A stretch of DNA of 64,000 bases from Pecten maximus (Eukaryota). A program made the position numbers and the translations under genes. Shown here one piece after another: positions 46,464-58,472 of this stretch (the first letter of the stretch is position 1; each line of letters starts with the position of its first letter). The stretch is taken from the NCBI RefSeq assembly GCF_902652985.1, contig NC_047019.1, forward strand, positions 3,100,001 through 3,164,000, given 5' to 3'. Under the pieces are notes generated by a model. It had not been told where the DNA came from. It saw nothing but the letters and a program-made list of their open reading frames with translations, and searched no databases.

Positions 46464-48613
46464 ATGGCGTTAAATGAAGCATTGCTTGTTTTGCTTGTGT
46501 CTGTCTTCCTCCTGGCGGGTACTGCCGAGGCAGATGGTTCAGAGGGCTTTGAAATGTGGTTTACTACTAACACGGTTGAAATGGAAAACAAACCAATCTA
46601 TTTTGATAACCCACTTCCTAAATGGCTCAAAGGAACTCTCGTAAGTATTTATAAATTCATATGATTTTTTATTAACAAACCCTTTATGTTAAACGTCAGA
46701 TTACAAATAATTGTTTTGTAAACGAAAACGTCATATACTATACACATATTACTTGTACATGTCAGTAGCTAAATTTATGTATTCAGTAGACGTATGAAAG
46801 TGCTAGCTCAGATGCTTTGTTTTTAAAGTTAAGAATATCAACCATGCTGTTATCAAATGTGGTTTTAACGTTAAGAATATCAACCATGCGGTTATCAAAT
46901 GATAGCAGATTTTGCAAAATATTTCAATAGTGCAACGGTCGTTTTCGGGTAAAAAAAAATGTATGTATTGGTCGATCCTAATGAAACAGAATGTCGAACT
47001 CTGTACCAATTATTGTCGCTAATCTTGCAGCTGGCGTTGTCGTGTTGGCACCTTGTCCAATACAACAATGCGACAACGCGTCCATGACGAAAATCATTCA
47101 CAATGAACAACTGACTACTGTTGCCATATAATTAAATGTTTCAATTAATTCAAATTAACTTTATTTAAATTTATTAGAATTATGAAACTAAATCTTCATT
47201 TCCCTCTACTGACAGATCAGAAATGGTCCTGGAAAATACGAGATGGGAAGCCGGAAGTTCCTTAATGCACTAGACGGGTATTCCAAGCTCTCCAGTTGGA
47301 CATTCGCTGGAAATGGTTCTGCTTATTTCTCCACCAAATTCCTCAAATCAGACACTTATAAAGATTCTATGTCCAAAGATGACGTAGCACCGTTTCTCAC
47401 GTTTGGCGGGGTCGATCCTCCATTTAACGATGTCCAAAAGGCGGAGGCTGTCGGTCATCAGCTGGACAATATGAACGTTAACGTTTTTAAATTCATGGAT
47501 GATGGCGGACCCGTATTCGCAGCAGTGTCTGATGTTTGGAAACTGTATGAATTCAACGAATCACTGGCTACTTTAAAGGCTGTTGAGGCCAAACATCCGG
47601 AAAAAAACCCCGACGGAAGTATTGGGTTCATTAACTCCATGTCATGCGCACATGCGCTTCCGGAATATGGTACCTCAGATACATACTTCAATTTCTACAG
47701 TAGTTTAAGCTTAATTCCTGGTATTAAACACAAACTAACTCTTGTACGGATTAAATCGGTCAACGATCGACAAGTTGTAGCAGAATGGAACACGGATAAA
47801 GTAGCGTATATGCATTCCTTCTCGGTAACGCCAAATTACGTCATATTTTTCGTCGCCCCTTATTACGTCAACACGGAAAAACTTCTCTTACACGGATCAG
47901 TAGTAAACGGCATGGATTGGTTTTCAAAACAAAATACAACAGTTTATATAGTAAACACAAAATCAGGTCAAATCCACAACATGGATATTGCAAACGTCAT
48001 GGCGTTGCACCATATAAACGCGTTTGAATTCACCGACGGTAAAATCGCTGTAGATGTTGCGGGTCATAACAACCCGTTCTTTTCAAACGCTTTTGAGATG
48101 TCGACCATTCACAATATTACAGCACGCGCCAACAGCAAATATAAAACTTTGGTAACCAGGTACATTTTTGATATACAGAGAAACACTTACCTGAAACAAA
48201 ATTTCCAAGATTCTGATAAATATCTGTGTGCCTCGAAACTAGAAATACCGACAATTAACGAACATTACCGATCAAAGTCGTATTGCTTTGTGTATGGGGC
48301 AGTCTACAATTTTGACGGAAAAGATTTTGCTCATATAGCGATCGTCAAGAAGGACGTGTGTGGTCAAAAGAGAGACAAGGCGCTATACATCCCTAACCAC
48401 TACCCTACCGAGGCTTGGTTCATACCTTCACCGCCAGGTGTCGCTACGTCAGAGGACGATGGTTACTTGGCATCAATATTCCTCGACGGAACAACGAAAA
48501 CGAGTTATATCGCTCTGATTGACCCCAAAACCATGACAATTACCAATAAAGCCGTACTTCCAACGGTTGTTCCTTTTGATATCCACGGACGTTTCTTTCC
48601 TGACGTTGTATAA
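46464..48613 (+). CDS. Carotenoid cleavage oxygenase (RPE65/BCO superfamily, BCO-like) with predicted signal peptide; 2 exons, about 524 aa
   Basis: Exons 46464-46640 and 47216-48613 join as LPKWLKGTL|IRNGPGKYE. Four Fe-ligand His motifs SCAH, YMHSF, HHINAFE, DIHGRF; also LEIPTIN, YPTEAWF and SEDDGYL. AATAAA at about 48712. Confidence 0.95.
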
Positions 48614-49203
48614 TTAATCTACTAATTGAAAATTAGCTTTCATGTATTTCTGTAAATTTTATTTCGCGAGACTGTATTATTTATTATTTATGTCATTATT
48701 ATGAATATGTTAATAAAAAACAAAAAATATTTGTCAATTAGTTTTGGAGTTCTTAATTGTTCATTGTTTCAAGTACATAATTAATGTGATTAATACAACT
48801 CTATTCTATACAAAATCATATATATATAAAAATTTAAAAAAAAACTTCAAAATTTCATGTTTGTCCCAAATTCTATGAATAACGTTGTTGCTCGCCGCGT
48901 GCTTACTGTCTAGTGAATCAGTCCGTTTTAATGAAAAGTTTTAAGATTTTTTAATTGTCACACTTGTCACAATTGAAAATGAACCAAATTTCATTGGCAT
49001 TTTAAATCGTGATTTGTCCTGGTTCAAGTTGCACGGCATATCATCTAACTGTGCAAGATATTGTAAGCGCACACATTTTAGCGGCAAGCTTATTTAAGCG
49101 GGGTTTTTTTTCGCGCTTAAACATTTGGCTAATTAATGATCGCGCTAATTACACTTAATTCATATCACTTTCTGCTGCAAATATTTGGATGCGCTAATCT
49201 ATA

Positions 49204-49760
49204 AGGTGACTGATTTGTGCCATTTCGTCCTTTCGTCTCTTCACCCCGAAAAGACACGAACACGAACATACCGCAGCCTCCCGGGATACACATACGCACT
49301 CACCACACGTATGCATGTCGCACGCACGGGAGGCCGTCCTTAAATGACTTAGCTGTTAATATGACGTTAATCAAAATAAACCCCGAAAAGACGAAAATTA
49401 ACCAAACTTATATTGCGTCTTTTCTACTTTTCGCCCCGAAAGTAACCAATTTTCGTCTTTTCGGGGCGAAAGACGAAATTTTAAAACCTTAATTTTCGTC
49501 TTTTCGCCCCGGGGAGAAAAGTCGAAAAGATGAAAATTAAGGTTTGTTAATTTTTGTCTTTTCGGGGTGAAATGTCGAAAAGACGAAAAGAATGAACCCG
49601 AAAATACGAGAAATAAAGTCGTTAATTTGCGTGCATTTATTTTGTCTTTTCGAGTATGATGTTTCGTCTTTTCACCCAGAAAAGACGTAATTTAGATTTT
49701 GTTAATTTTGTCTTTTTGGGGCGAAAGACAAAAGGACGAAATGGCACAAATCAGCCACCG
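49204..49760. mobile_element. MITE with TA duplication and internal TTTCGTCTTTTCG subrepeats
   Basis: TA|AGGTGACTGATTTGTGCCATTTCGTCCTTT ... AAAGGACGAAATGGCACAAATCAGCCACCG|TA. Confidence 0.85.
49256..49379 (+). mobile_element. 5'-truncated retroposon sharing the SINE-A 3' tail
   Basis: 13-bp target site duplication ACCCCGAAAAGAC (49243-49255, 49380-49392); tail GTCCTTAAATGAC..GCTGTTAATA.GACGTTAA. Confidence 0.8.
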
Positions 49761-49901
49761 TAAATTCGATTATGCGCTGTTTGAGTTTGCCAAATTGAGT
49801 ACGGCTACAACAATTGGTGCTGATTTTTTTTCTGGGAGTTTTGGGAGACGATATAATTTGACATATTACGTCACCGGCGCTGACTATACGACTGTTTTTA
49901 A

Positions 49902-50276
49902 AGGGACATTCCTTCTTTCGGATATCAAAAATATGCATTCCATTGATAAAATCTATGTCCGAACGATGACTATATGTGCCTACATGTAAATGTGCCTACA
50001 ATACATGTCATGAAATTAACGCCGACATGTACATAAAAAATGCGTATCGTACTGATATACCGTAAAATACCGTATGTCTTTGCGGTAATTAGTGTTACTT
50101 CGGGTCGAAATAAGAATTTTCAGGACTTAATACTTGAAGAACTTCGGTTTATCTTGAGAGTAAAACTGCATTATTTTAATGTAAAGATTATAACTTTTAC
50201 TACTTGGAAAAATTCGTAATTTCCAGTAATTCTAATTTTGACGACCTAAACTTTATTCAAACGAAGGAATGTCCCT
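49902..50276 (+). mobile_element. TTAA-targeting non-autonomous element (Kolobok-like), copy 1
   Basis: TTAA|AGGGACATTCCTTC ... GAAGGAATGTCCCT|TTAA; purine-starting termini favour Kolobok over piggyBac. Confidence 0.8.
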
Positions 50277-50570
50277 TTAATTATCTATTTCAAACTATTA
50301 GACGTTTCTTTGGACACTTTCTTGTTTTCCATATTTCTTTTTCTGGATTTCCAAACGTTTGGACCGTACCATCACTAACGGATCCCGGAAAGTCAGTTCA
50401 ATTTTGATCATTTACTGCACGTTACCGTCCCAAGGACAATAGTACTTCAGGGGTGATACAATACCTGTTGCCTACATATGTATTAACGGAGAAATCGAAT
50501 CGAAAATATGCGATGATCTAAGCATAAAAGCCGTAATCAAACAGTTAATTATACTTCATCAATCATTAAT

Positions 50571-50909
50571 TTGGTTTGGTTTGTTTTGATTAACATCCTA
50601 TCAACAGCCAGGGTCATTTAAGGACGTGCCAGGTTTCGGAGGTGGAGGAAAGCCGGAGTAGCCGGAGAAAAACCACCGGCCTACGGTCAGTTTGGTTTGT
50701 TTTTGTTTAACGTCCTATTAACAGCCAGGGTCATTTAAGGACGTGCTAGGTTTTGGAGGTGGAGGAAAGCCGGAGTACCCGGAGAAAAACCACCGGCCTA
50801 CAGTCAGTACCTGGCAACTGCCCCACGTAGGTTTCGAACTCGCAACCCAGAAGTGGAGGGTTAGTGTTAAAGTGTCGGGACACCTTAACCACTCGGCCAC
50901 CGCGGCCCC
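50571..50909 (-). mobile_element. SINE family A: full copy (50691-50909) plus a tandem 3' half (50571-50690)
   Basis: Reverse complement of 25255-25476; A box TGGCCGAGTGGTTAAG, B box GTTCGAAACC. Confidence 0.9.
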
Positions 50910-51179
50910 AATAAAAAAAAATTAAAAAAAACCCAATTTACTGATTATTACAATGAATTACTATAAACATACTTAATTTGACGCTCTCAAATTTAGCGCA
51001 AATTAGGTGAAAACAAATTAATGGAATAATAAAATCAGTACACTAACAATGATCGCTATAGAAACCAATGTAGATAAACTACAATAAGCGAAATCATAAT
51101 TTAGCGGATGCTTCCAAAGCGAAAAATGCTGAAATAAAATTACCGCTAAAATGTGTAAGTTTACAGTATGCAAGTTTTG

Positions 51180-51990
51180 ACATAATTTCAAGGACGAGAA
51201 ACTATATCAAAGACTAAACGTTTACAGCTGCAAAAAGACTTGTCATCCATCTATACGTTTGAAGAAACCAGTAACTGTTCCGATCAATTTTATAGTAATG
51301 TATTTAAACAACGTCTTTTCAATAATTTCCAGCAAGAATGTTTTATGAAAGTAAATTTGTCGTCTAAAGGAATTTTATACCAAAATCTAGTTGATGATAT
51401 TAAACTTCAGTCGTATCTTTATTTAACCAGTTAATTTTAATTACCAAAAACTCATTTGTCTGCACATGATCTAACTATTGAACGTGGAAGATATATTGAT
51501 ATTCCGAGGCAAGAAAGAAAATACATTTTATGTGATGAAAATGATATAGAAGACGAATACCATTTTATTTCTAAATGCAAGCGTTACGCAGACATTCGTC
51601 TTAATTTGATTAAAGCATATTATTTTAAAAACCCTATGTTTGAACTTATTCAATTACTCAAAGTAGAAAATACAAAAGAACTTAACAATCTAGGAAAATA
51701 TTTATCAATAGCAAATAAACGTAGGAAAGATTTGTTATCAAATTGTAATTAAAACATATTCATTTTCAACTTATTAGATTAATAATATATTAATTGTTAT
51801 TGTTCTTTAAGATGGTTGTAAGAATTATTTTTGTTGACTGTAGATGTATGTGAAGACAGTCAGTACTATTTTGTAGAATGAATGATGAATTATGTAAGAG
51901 AGGGTCACTGTGTCCTTTATGTATGTATACTACGTTATCTAAGAAGTTGTAAAACTTACGGATTAAAGTTGAATTGAATTGAATTGAATC
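51180..51990 (+). mobile_element. LINE 3' fragment (RTE-X-like) with (TTGAA)n tail
   Basis: Peptide SAHDLTIERGRY..ERKYILCDENDIEDEYHFISKC (decayed CCHC-type C-terminal motif); ATTAAA followed by TTGAA x4 at 51962-51988. Confidence 0.75.
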
Positions 51991-53660
51991 TACAGGATTT
52001 TGTTTTTGTCAAATGTCACAGAGTATTGATACAGATTTAGGACGATCCGTGTTATACATTATCAATTTGATGTTGCACTAATCTTGTATTAGCTCATCAT
52101 CACGAGACAGTCGGTCTCGCACAGATACTGTTTTGATAACTGCTTTGGCAAATACACAATTCACAAGTTATCGCGTTTAGAAGAACCCATAAACATTGCA
52201 CTATCATATGCAGCAGGGCTTATGTAGGGATGAGACACATCATCACACAATATTAGTGATAAACGCGTTTAAATGTCTACATTGAGTTGGAGATGACCGC
52301 TCCATTTTGATTAATTAAGGGTCGTCTGCCTGTATACAGAGAAATAACGTTAAATTTAAAAATCGAACAAATATCCACAAATTTGCACAAAATCAGTCAT
52401 GTATTATACCCAAATGTTTGTCGAGACATGTATTTTTTTCTTTTCAAAATCATCAATAATTTGCTGCAGATGCTGGCGGTTTATTTCTTAGAATTACTTT
52501 GTGATGATATGTAGTAGGAAATAATTTTGAGTGACACAAATTATCAAACCCAAAAAATGGACATGCCGTTATACTCACATTTGTCTATAGTACACAATAG
52601 GGGCAATTGTTTAAATGCAAATTGCGGTTGTTAATGGCATTTCACAAATATGACAGAGTATGAGTAATGTTTTTACGTAGACGATAAATAGTTAAACTGT
52701 GGAGTTTTTTTCAGAAATATGCATCTTTTACCTAAATCTCGGCGGTTGAAACTTCCCACAAAACAATCATGTTAGAATTTCTAATAGTTTAACATGAGTA
52801 TTTTTGATGTCTGAAATGTTTGTCTATATGCCATATTTTTGTGATATTGCTCACAGCCGACATTTGCATTTCAAGGCATAATAGAATCAGTGAAAAGAAT
52901 GCCCATTTTGTGTGCTAAAGACACTTGTGAGTGTAAAGGCACGGGCATTTTGTGCAATATACATTGTATATATTATACTAATACATGTACATATGTGATG
53001 GACAGGAGTTAATAGTTTTCACCGGAAACATGCATTTTCACATGTTTTGTCGCGTTTTACAAACGGCTTAGAGGTTTCATGTCAACGGCATGGTCCATGG
53101 TTCGTCATGTTACATACTAACAATTGATAAAGTTACTTCTGTTAAATTTAACCAGAGTAGTGGTTAATAGGCTTGTTAATGCTCACGAGATTTGTTATTT
53201 AAATAACCCTTAAAATAGTTACGCTTCCGGAAGGTAGTTTCTGCCATAGCTAGTAGTTCCACATAATGGGTCATATTTCTGAGGACAACATTAGTTAATT
53301 TTCTTAACCAGCCAGCGTAGAGCATTAAGTTAAACTTGTCAAACCACCCAGTACTCAATTAAGTATAAAATGATAATATTTCACCTACTCTCGTGCCCTT
53401 TATTTATCTAATCAGAATCAAAGCTGACGGGCCAAATAAGGTACGTGTAGGTCAGAAATAAGGTAATACCAGTCACCGTGTCAGAAAGGATAGCCGAGTA
53501 TTTAATTTATGTATAACAATGAGCAGCAAGTTACACTAACAATACTTGTATGAAACATTTCGATAAACCCATGATATTAGTTGTTGTAAAGACTTCGAAA
53601 CAGGAAAAGCATATAGAAATGTAAACAAAATCGCAATTCTAAATTAAATCAAAATAAACA

Positions 53661-53835
53661 NNNNNNNNNNNNNNNNNNNNNNNNNNNNNNNNNNNNNNNN
53701 NNNNNNNNNNNNNNNNNNNNNNNNNNNNNNNNNNNNNNNNNNNNNNNNNNNNNNNNNNNNNNNNNNNNNNNNNNNNNNNNNNNNNNNNNNNNNNNNNNNN
53801 NNNNNNNNNNNNNNNNNNNNNNNNNNNNNNNNNNN
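53661..53835. other. Assembly gap
   Basis: Run of N. Confidence 1.
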
Positions 53836-54494
53836 AGTATATGGACGATTTACATGTTCTCAAGGCAAGTGTCTTCTGCTACATCGACGAAGCCTCCTAT
53901 CTACATAAAAATCAAAATAGGAACAAAAGTAAAGATTTGCATTGAAAACCATTGAAAAGGTACAAAAATAATAAGACCAGATGTTCAAGAAGAGCAACCG
54001 TCTTCTGCTTCATCGACGACACCCGCCATACAAATCTAGGTCACATCCGGGCTATTGTGGTGATGACGGAACTACTAGGCATATCAACAAAACATCGAAT
54101 ACGTCTGATCGACGTCATACCTTACAAGGAAGTGGAATTCTTCCCGATGAGGTCTTGGTGGCGACTGGGGGCTGGATCGACTATCGCACATCTACAAAAT
54201 GTGTGGTAAGGTTTTAACAAAACGTAACTGAATTGACAATATCATATTACCATCTCGTACACTACTCAATACAGATATTACATATGGTAATTGTTAGCCG
54301 AAATGACCTGACGGTTAGGTTACAACTTCGCACACTTTGGCATTCAAATACACACACGTTTCACAAACACATATTGTATATAATGCATTGATATAACTTA
54401 TAATCAATTTAATCCATAACAGAACAATAGCTATAATTCTTGATTAACCGTTCTAGAAAAGTAGTGCTATATAACTTATATTATTAAATTTTAA

Positions 54495-54836
54495 AGGGGC
54501 ATTCGTTCTTTTGAATAAAGTTAAGGTCGTCAAAATTAAACTTACTGGAAAATATGTATTTTTTTTTCTAAGTAGTAAAAATCATCATCTCATTAATAAG
54601 GCAGTTTTACTCTCAAGATAAATAAAAGTGCTTCGAGTATTAAGTCCTGAAAATTCTTAATTCGACCCGAAGTATCACTAATTACCGCAGAGACATGCGA
54701 TACGCCTTCTTCTTGTGCATTTCGGCGATAATTTCATTACATGAAGGTACAAACACTCAAATTTTCATCGTTCGGACATAGATTTCATCAATAGAAATTA
54801 TGCATGTTTCTGATGTCCGAACGAAGGAATGCCCCT
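54495..54836 (-). mobile_element. Kolobok-like TTAA element, copy 2 (inverted)
   Basis: TTAA|AGGGGCATTC ... GAAGGAATGCCCCT|TTAA; reverse complement of copy 1. Confidence 0.8.
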
Positions 54837-55097
54837 TTAAGCATTATTTAAGAATACATATACTAAATCGTCAAAGACGATATAATCAGGGAGGGTTTGT
54901 CAATTATTTTCACTCCGATATTAGTCATACAGAAATAATAACGTTCTAGTTGGATTCGGAAACAAGTTTTCACAACTTATATAATTCCCTCTCAAGATTA
55001 AAATTTCATTTGATCAGGTTTGTTTTTTTAACAACCAGGATCAGGAACGAGACACGATGCTATTAAATATTGAAAAGAAATTCGAGAAGAAATGTAA

Positions 55098-55333
55098 ACT
55101 TTATTTATTTTACAACAATTGCGAAACAAGTTATATCAACTTATATTAATCACGCTTGTTGGCCTGGATGGAAGCGCGCGAGGGGTCTTACTGTGGGAGG
55201 AAACCGGAGTTTCCGGGGAAAACCCACGTGGTCGGGCAGGTGACCACATACCTTTTCACGTCCGATCGGGGAATCGAACCCCGGCCGCCTAGGTAAAAGG
55301 CAAGCGTATTACCACTGTGCCACCCGACCACCC
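55098..55333 (-). mobile_element. tRNA-derived SINE, family B, near full length
   Basis: Minus strand GGGTGGCACAGTGGTAA (A box) ... GGGGTTCGATTCCCC (B box) ... GTGGGTTTTCCCCGG..CTCCGGTTTCCTCCCACA core, AATAAA tail. Confidence 0.88.
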
Positions 55334-55340
55334 TTAACCC

Positions 55341-55388
55341 ACCCCACCACATTTCCGCTCTTCGAGAAGAGCGGAAATGTGGTGGGGT
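55341..55388. repeat. Perfect 23-bp inverted repeat
   Basis: ACCCCACCACATTTCCGCTCTTC-GA-GAAGAGCGGAAATGTGGTGGGGT. Confidence 0.9.
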
Positions 55389-55664
55389 TGTCCAAAATAC
55401 CAGTGAAATGATTCGACATAATTTATTTAAAGATGTGTATGGAACATGACAGGATTCGATTATTCGACCAGTAACCTTGTTCATTCAATATCTAATCTTA
55501 CGACCGGTCAAGTTTAAATGTAAACTACCCTAAGGTCAGTTAACTGATACCAGCACTCAATACTCAATTAAGTATAAAACGATAATATTTCACCTACTCT
55601 CGTGCCCTTTATTTATCTAATCAGAGTCAAAGTTGACGGGCCAAATAAGAAACGTGTAGGTCAG

Positions 55665-55876
55665 GTTTGTTTTTGTTTAACGTCCTATTAACAGCCAGGG
55701 TCATTTAAGGTGTGCCAGGTTTTGGAGGTGGAGGAAAGCCGGAGTGCCCGGAGAAAAACCACCGGCCTACGGTCAGTACCAGGCAACTGCCCAACGTAGG
55801 TTTCGAACTCGCTACCCAGTGGTGGAGGACTAGTGGTAAAGTGTCGGAACACCTTAACCACTCGGCCACCGCGGGC
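55665..55876 (-). mobile_element. SINE family A, full copy
   Basis: Highly similar to 50691-50909. Confidence 0.9.
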
Positions 55877-56531
55877 CCCCCCCAAAAAAAACAAAACCAC
55901 AAGAATCTAAAAAAAAACAAAAAAAAACAGCAACAACAAAAATCAACACAAAAACCAACAACAACACACTCATACAACACGCGAACACACATCAATCACA
56001 CGTCGACTACACTTCAACATATACAGTGTATATAAACTCTAGAGAATGAACAGATGTACATGCGTGTCAAGTGTGCCCCAAGGTTTAGCGCTGGGTCCAT
56101 GTTAAATGTAAACTACCCTAAGGTCAGTTAACTGATACGAGCACAAATTCAGCGAGATTGTGGGGGTAAAAAGTTGAAGACATGACCAGTTTGCACTAAT
56201 GTAGCCGTCTGTCAGATCACCTATGATGAGAATGCCGTCAGAAGAACTGTGAAATATTTCTTGAAAGTTTCCTAACATTTAATTGTTTTTTCTAAGGTTG
56301 ATACTTAAAAACTGAATAATGAGTTTGTCGATTTCATCGAGTGATGAATTGATTTTCATTCAATCTGGTAAAGCTACAAATCATCACTATGTATAATGAT
56401 GATTTGTACCTTAATTAGATGATGATTTAAATCAAAGCATCACTCACTGAAAACGACAAACTCATTATTGAAGATTATCTCTTTTTAATCAGACTGGTCT
56501 TGCATCACATTTTATTAAAGAGTATTCTGTG

Positions 56532-56611
56532 CACAGGGATTTGGCGCAAATTTCTAACCCGTGGTTCTTATACACAGAACGTGGATTGAGAATTCGCGCC
56601 AAGTCCCTGTG
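56532..56611. repeat. 80-bp imperfect palindrome / mini-MITE
   Basis: CACAGGGATTTGGCGCAAATT...AATTCGCGCCAAGTCCCTGTG. Confidence 0.75.
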
Positions 56612-57861
56612 ATTCTATGTCTAATTTATTATATAATTAACACACGATATTGTCCATACGTTTGGTAAACTAGTCGTTAATATGGTTTATCCTCGGTGAT
56701 ACTAATAATAGAAAAAAAACCAACGACATAGAAATGAATAGAACTTTAGCCAGAATCTTGTAAATCTAACTTGCTGTGAAGATTCCAGTTTTGGCAATGA
56801 AATATATTATGGATAACCTTCCGGAACGCCTGGACGCCCGGACAGGCCAGACGTCTCGACAGTAAAGAGATTATTCGATGATGATATCACGATTATCTAT
56901 TATGCGAGATATAGTTATATAATAAATACCTCGACAATTTTACTGTTTGTCAGTTTCATATGATAACAGTAGGAATTGGGACGAAGGTCATTTTTTTTAT
57001 TTGAAAGGACAGACGTAGATAAAGATATTCACCAGTATCCTCATAACCGGGTAAATATACTTATTTGCATAAACCGTATATCTTCAAGTAAACAATGGGA
57101 ATATAAACAAAATATTTTTATTTCTGTAGCCCCTGAACCTTCACAGCAATATATATATTTTTTATAAATATAAATATATTATTTGATAAAAACAGAAACA
57201 ACACACATACTACACTCCAGCACAATATAAGCTATTACCAATGAACATATGTATATGCATGCTAGGCGTTCGCCAAGGTTCAGCACTGGGTCCCTGTTTA
57301 TTTATTAATGACCTACAAAATTAAATGAAATGTCAAGTCAGCCAATTTGTTGATGATACTATATATAATATACATCGCAATCTCTTAAGAAAGTGGCCCA
57401 AAACCCTTGCAAAATTACATAAAATTATAAGAAAAATTGAAAAATGACTGGCTGACAGCTTTTCATTCGTGTTCGTGCTTTGGCGTTAAAAGGCGACAAC
57501 ACGCCAAAGCGACACTTTAACGCGCCAACACAACAACGCGAGATTGTCGTAATCAACCATTATATATTGTTCATGACTAGGCTAGCTGGAAAATTTACAT
57601 ATAGTGTAATCAGAAAGTGAGATTAATATTTAACATTGAGCATACTTATTTACATTCTTTCAGGTAACGAGTAGCAAACATCAAATATTGAAATGGAATA
57701 CTATTATACAAAGTAAAATGTAAATAAAGCTGAAGAAATCATCTATGTTAATGTACCAATAGAAATCTACAATTACCAATTTGAATGAGTTGATATAATT
57801 TTAACTATTACCCTGTGGTCTTCCTAGGACTATTTCTATCGTGAAAATAAAAATAGTTTAA

Positions 57862-58194
57862 GGGCATTCCTTCGTTCAGACATCAGAAATTTTATTGATG
57901 AAATCTTTGTCGGAACGATGATTATATTTGAGTCTGTGCCATCATATAATGAAATTAACGCCGAAATGTACAAGAAAAATGCGTATCATATACAAATACC
58001 GTATGTTATTGTGGTAATAAGTGATACTTCGGGTCGAATTAAAAAAATTCAGGACTTAATACCCAAAGAATTTCGATCTTGAGAGTAAAACTGCCTTATT
58101 AATGTAAAGATTGAAAATTTTACTACTTGGGAAAAAAAATTCCAGTAAGTTTAATTTTGACGACCTAAACTTATGCAAACGAAGGAATGCCCCT
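57862..58194 (+). mobile_element. Kolobok-like TTAA element, copy 3
   Basis: TTAA|GGGCATTCCTTCG ... CGAAGGAATGCCCCT|TTAA; collinear with copy 1. Confidence 0.8.
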
Positions 58195-58320
58195 TTAAGC
58201 ATTCAAAGTCTGTAGAAAAACAAGAGATTCAATAGGGATCTTGGCGTCCATCATTGAATGATCTTTATTCGTTCTATGTTTGATTTTTTCTCTTCCTAAA
58301 TAATTTAACAATAAGGGGCG

Positions 58321-58472
58321 AACACAAACAAACTATCCAAACAAAACAAACAAACAACCAAACAAACAAACAAACAAAACAACAAAGCAAACAAACAAAA
58401 CAACCAAACAAACGAAACAACCAAACAAATAAAACAAAACAATCAACCAACCAACCAAACAAAAACAAAACA
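58321..58472 (+). repeat. Degenerate (CAAA)n microsatellite
   Basis: Direct inspection. Confidence 0.9.

Larger units (their letters stand above)
49061..51166. mobile_element. TA-flanked TIR element hosting nested insertions
   Basis: TA|TTGTAAGCGCACACATTTTAGCGG ... CCGCTAAAATGTGTAAGTTTACAG|TA (20/24 inverted match); GCGCTAAT/GCGCAAAT motifs near both ends. Confidence 0.7.

Noticed and set aside
47458-47691. Antisense ORF within the oxygenase
   Set aside because: Shadow of the sense coding exon.
53639-53863. ORF spanning Ns
   Set aside because: Artefact of the assembly gap.
53860-54290. Penelope-like terminal repeat or small gene (ORFs 53952-54217)
   Set aside because: Only a short duplicated motif (GTCTTCTGCT.CATCGACGA) and a vague resemblance; no protein motif or ribozyme core, and it abuts the gap.
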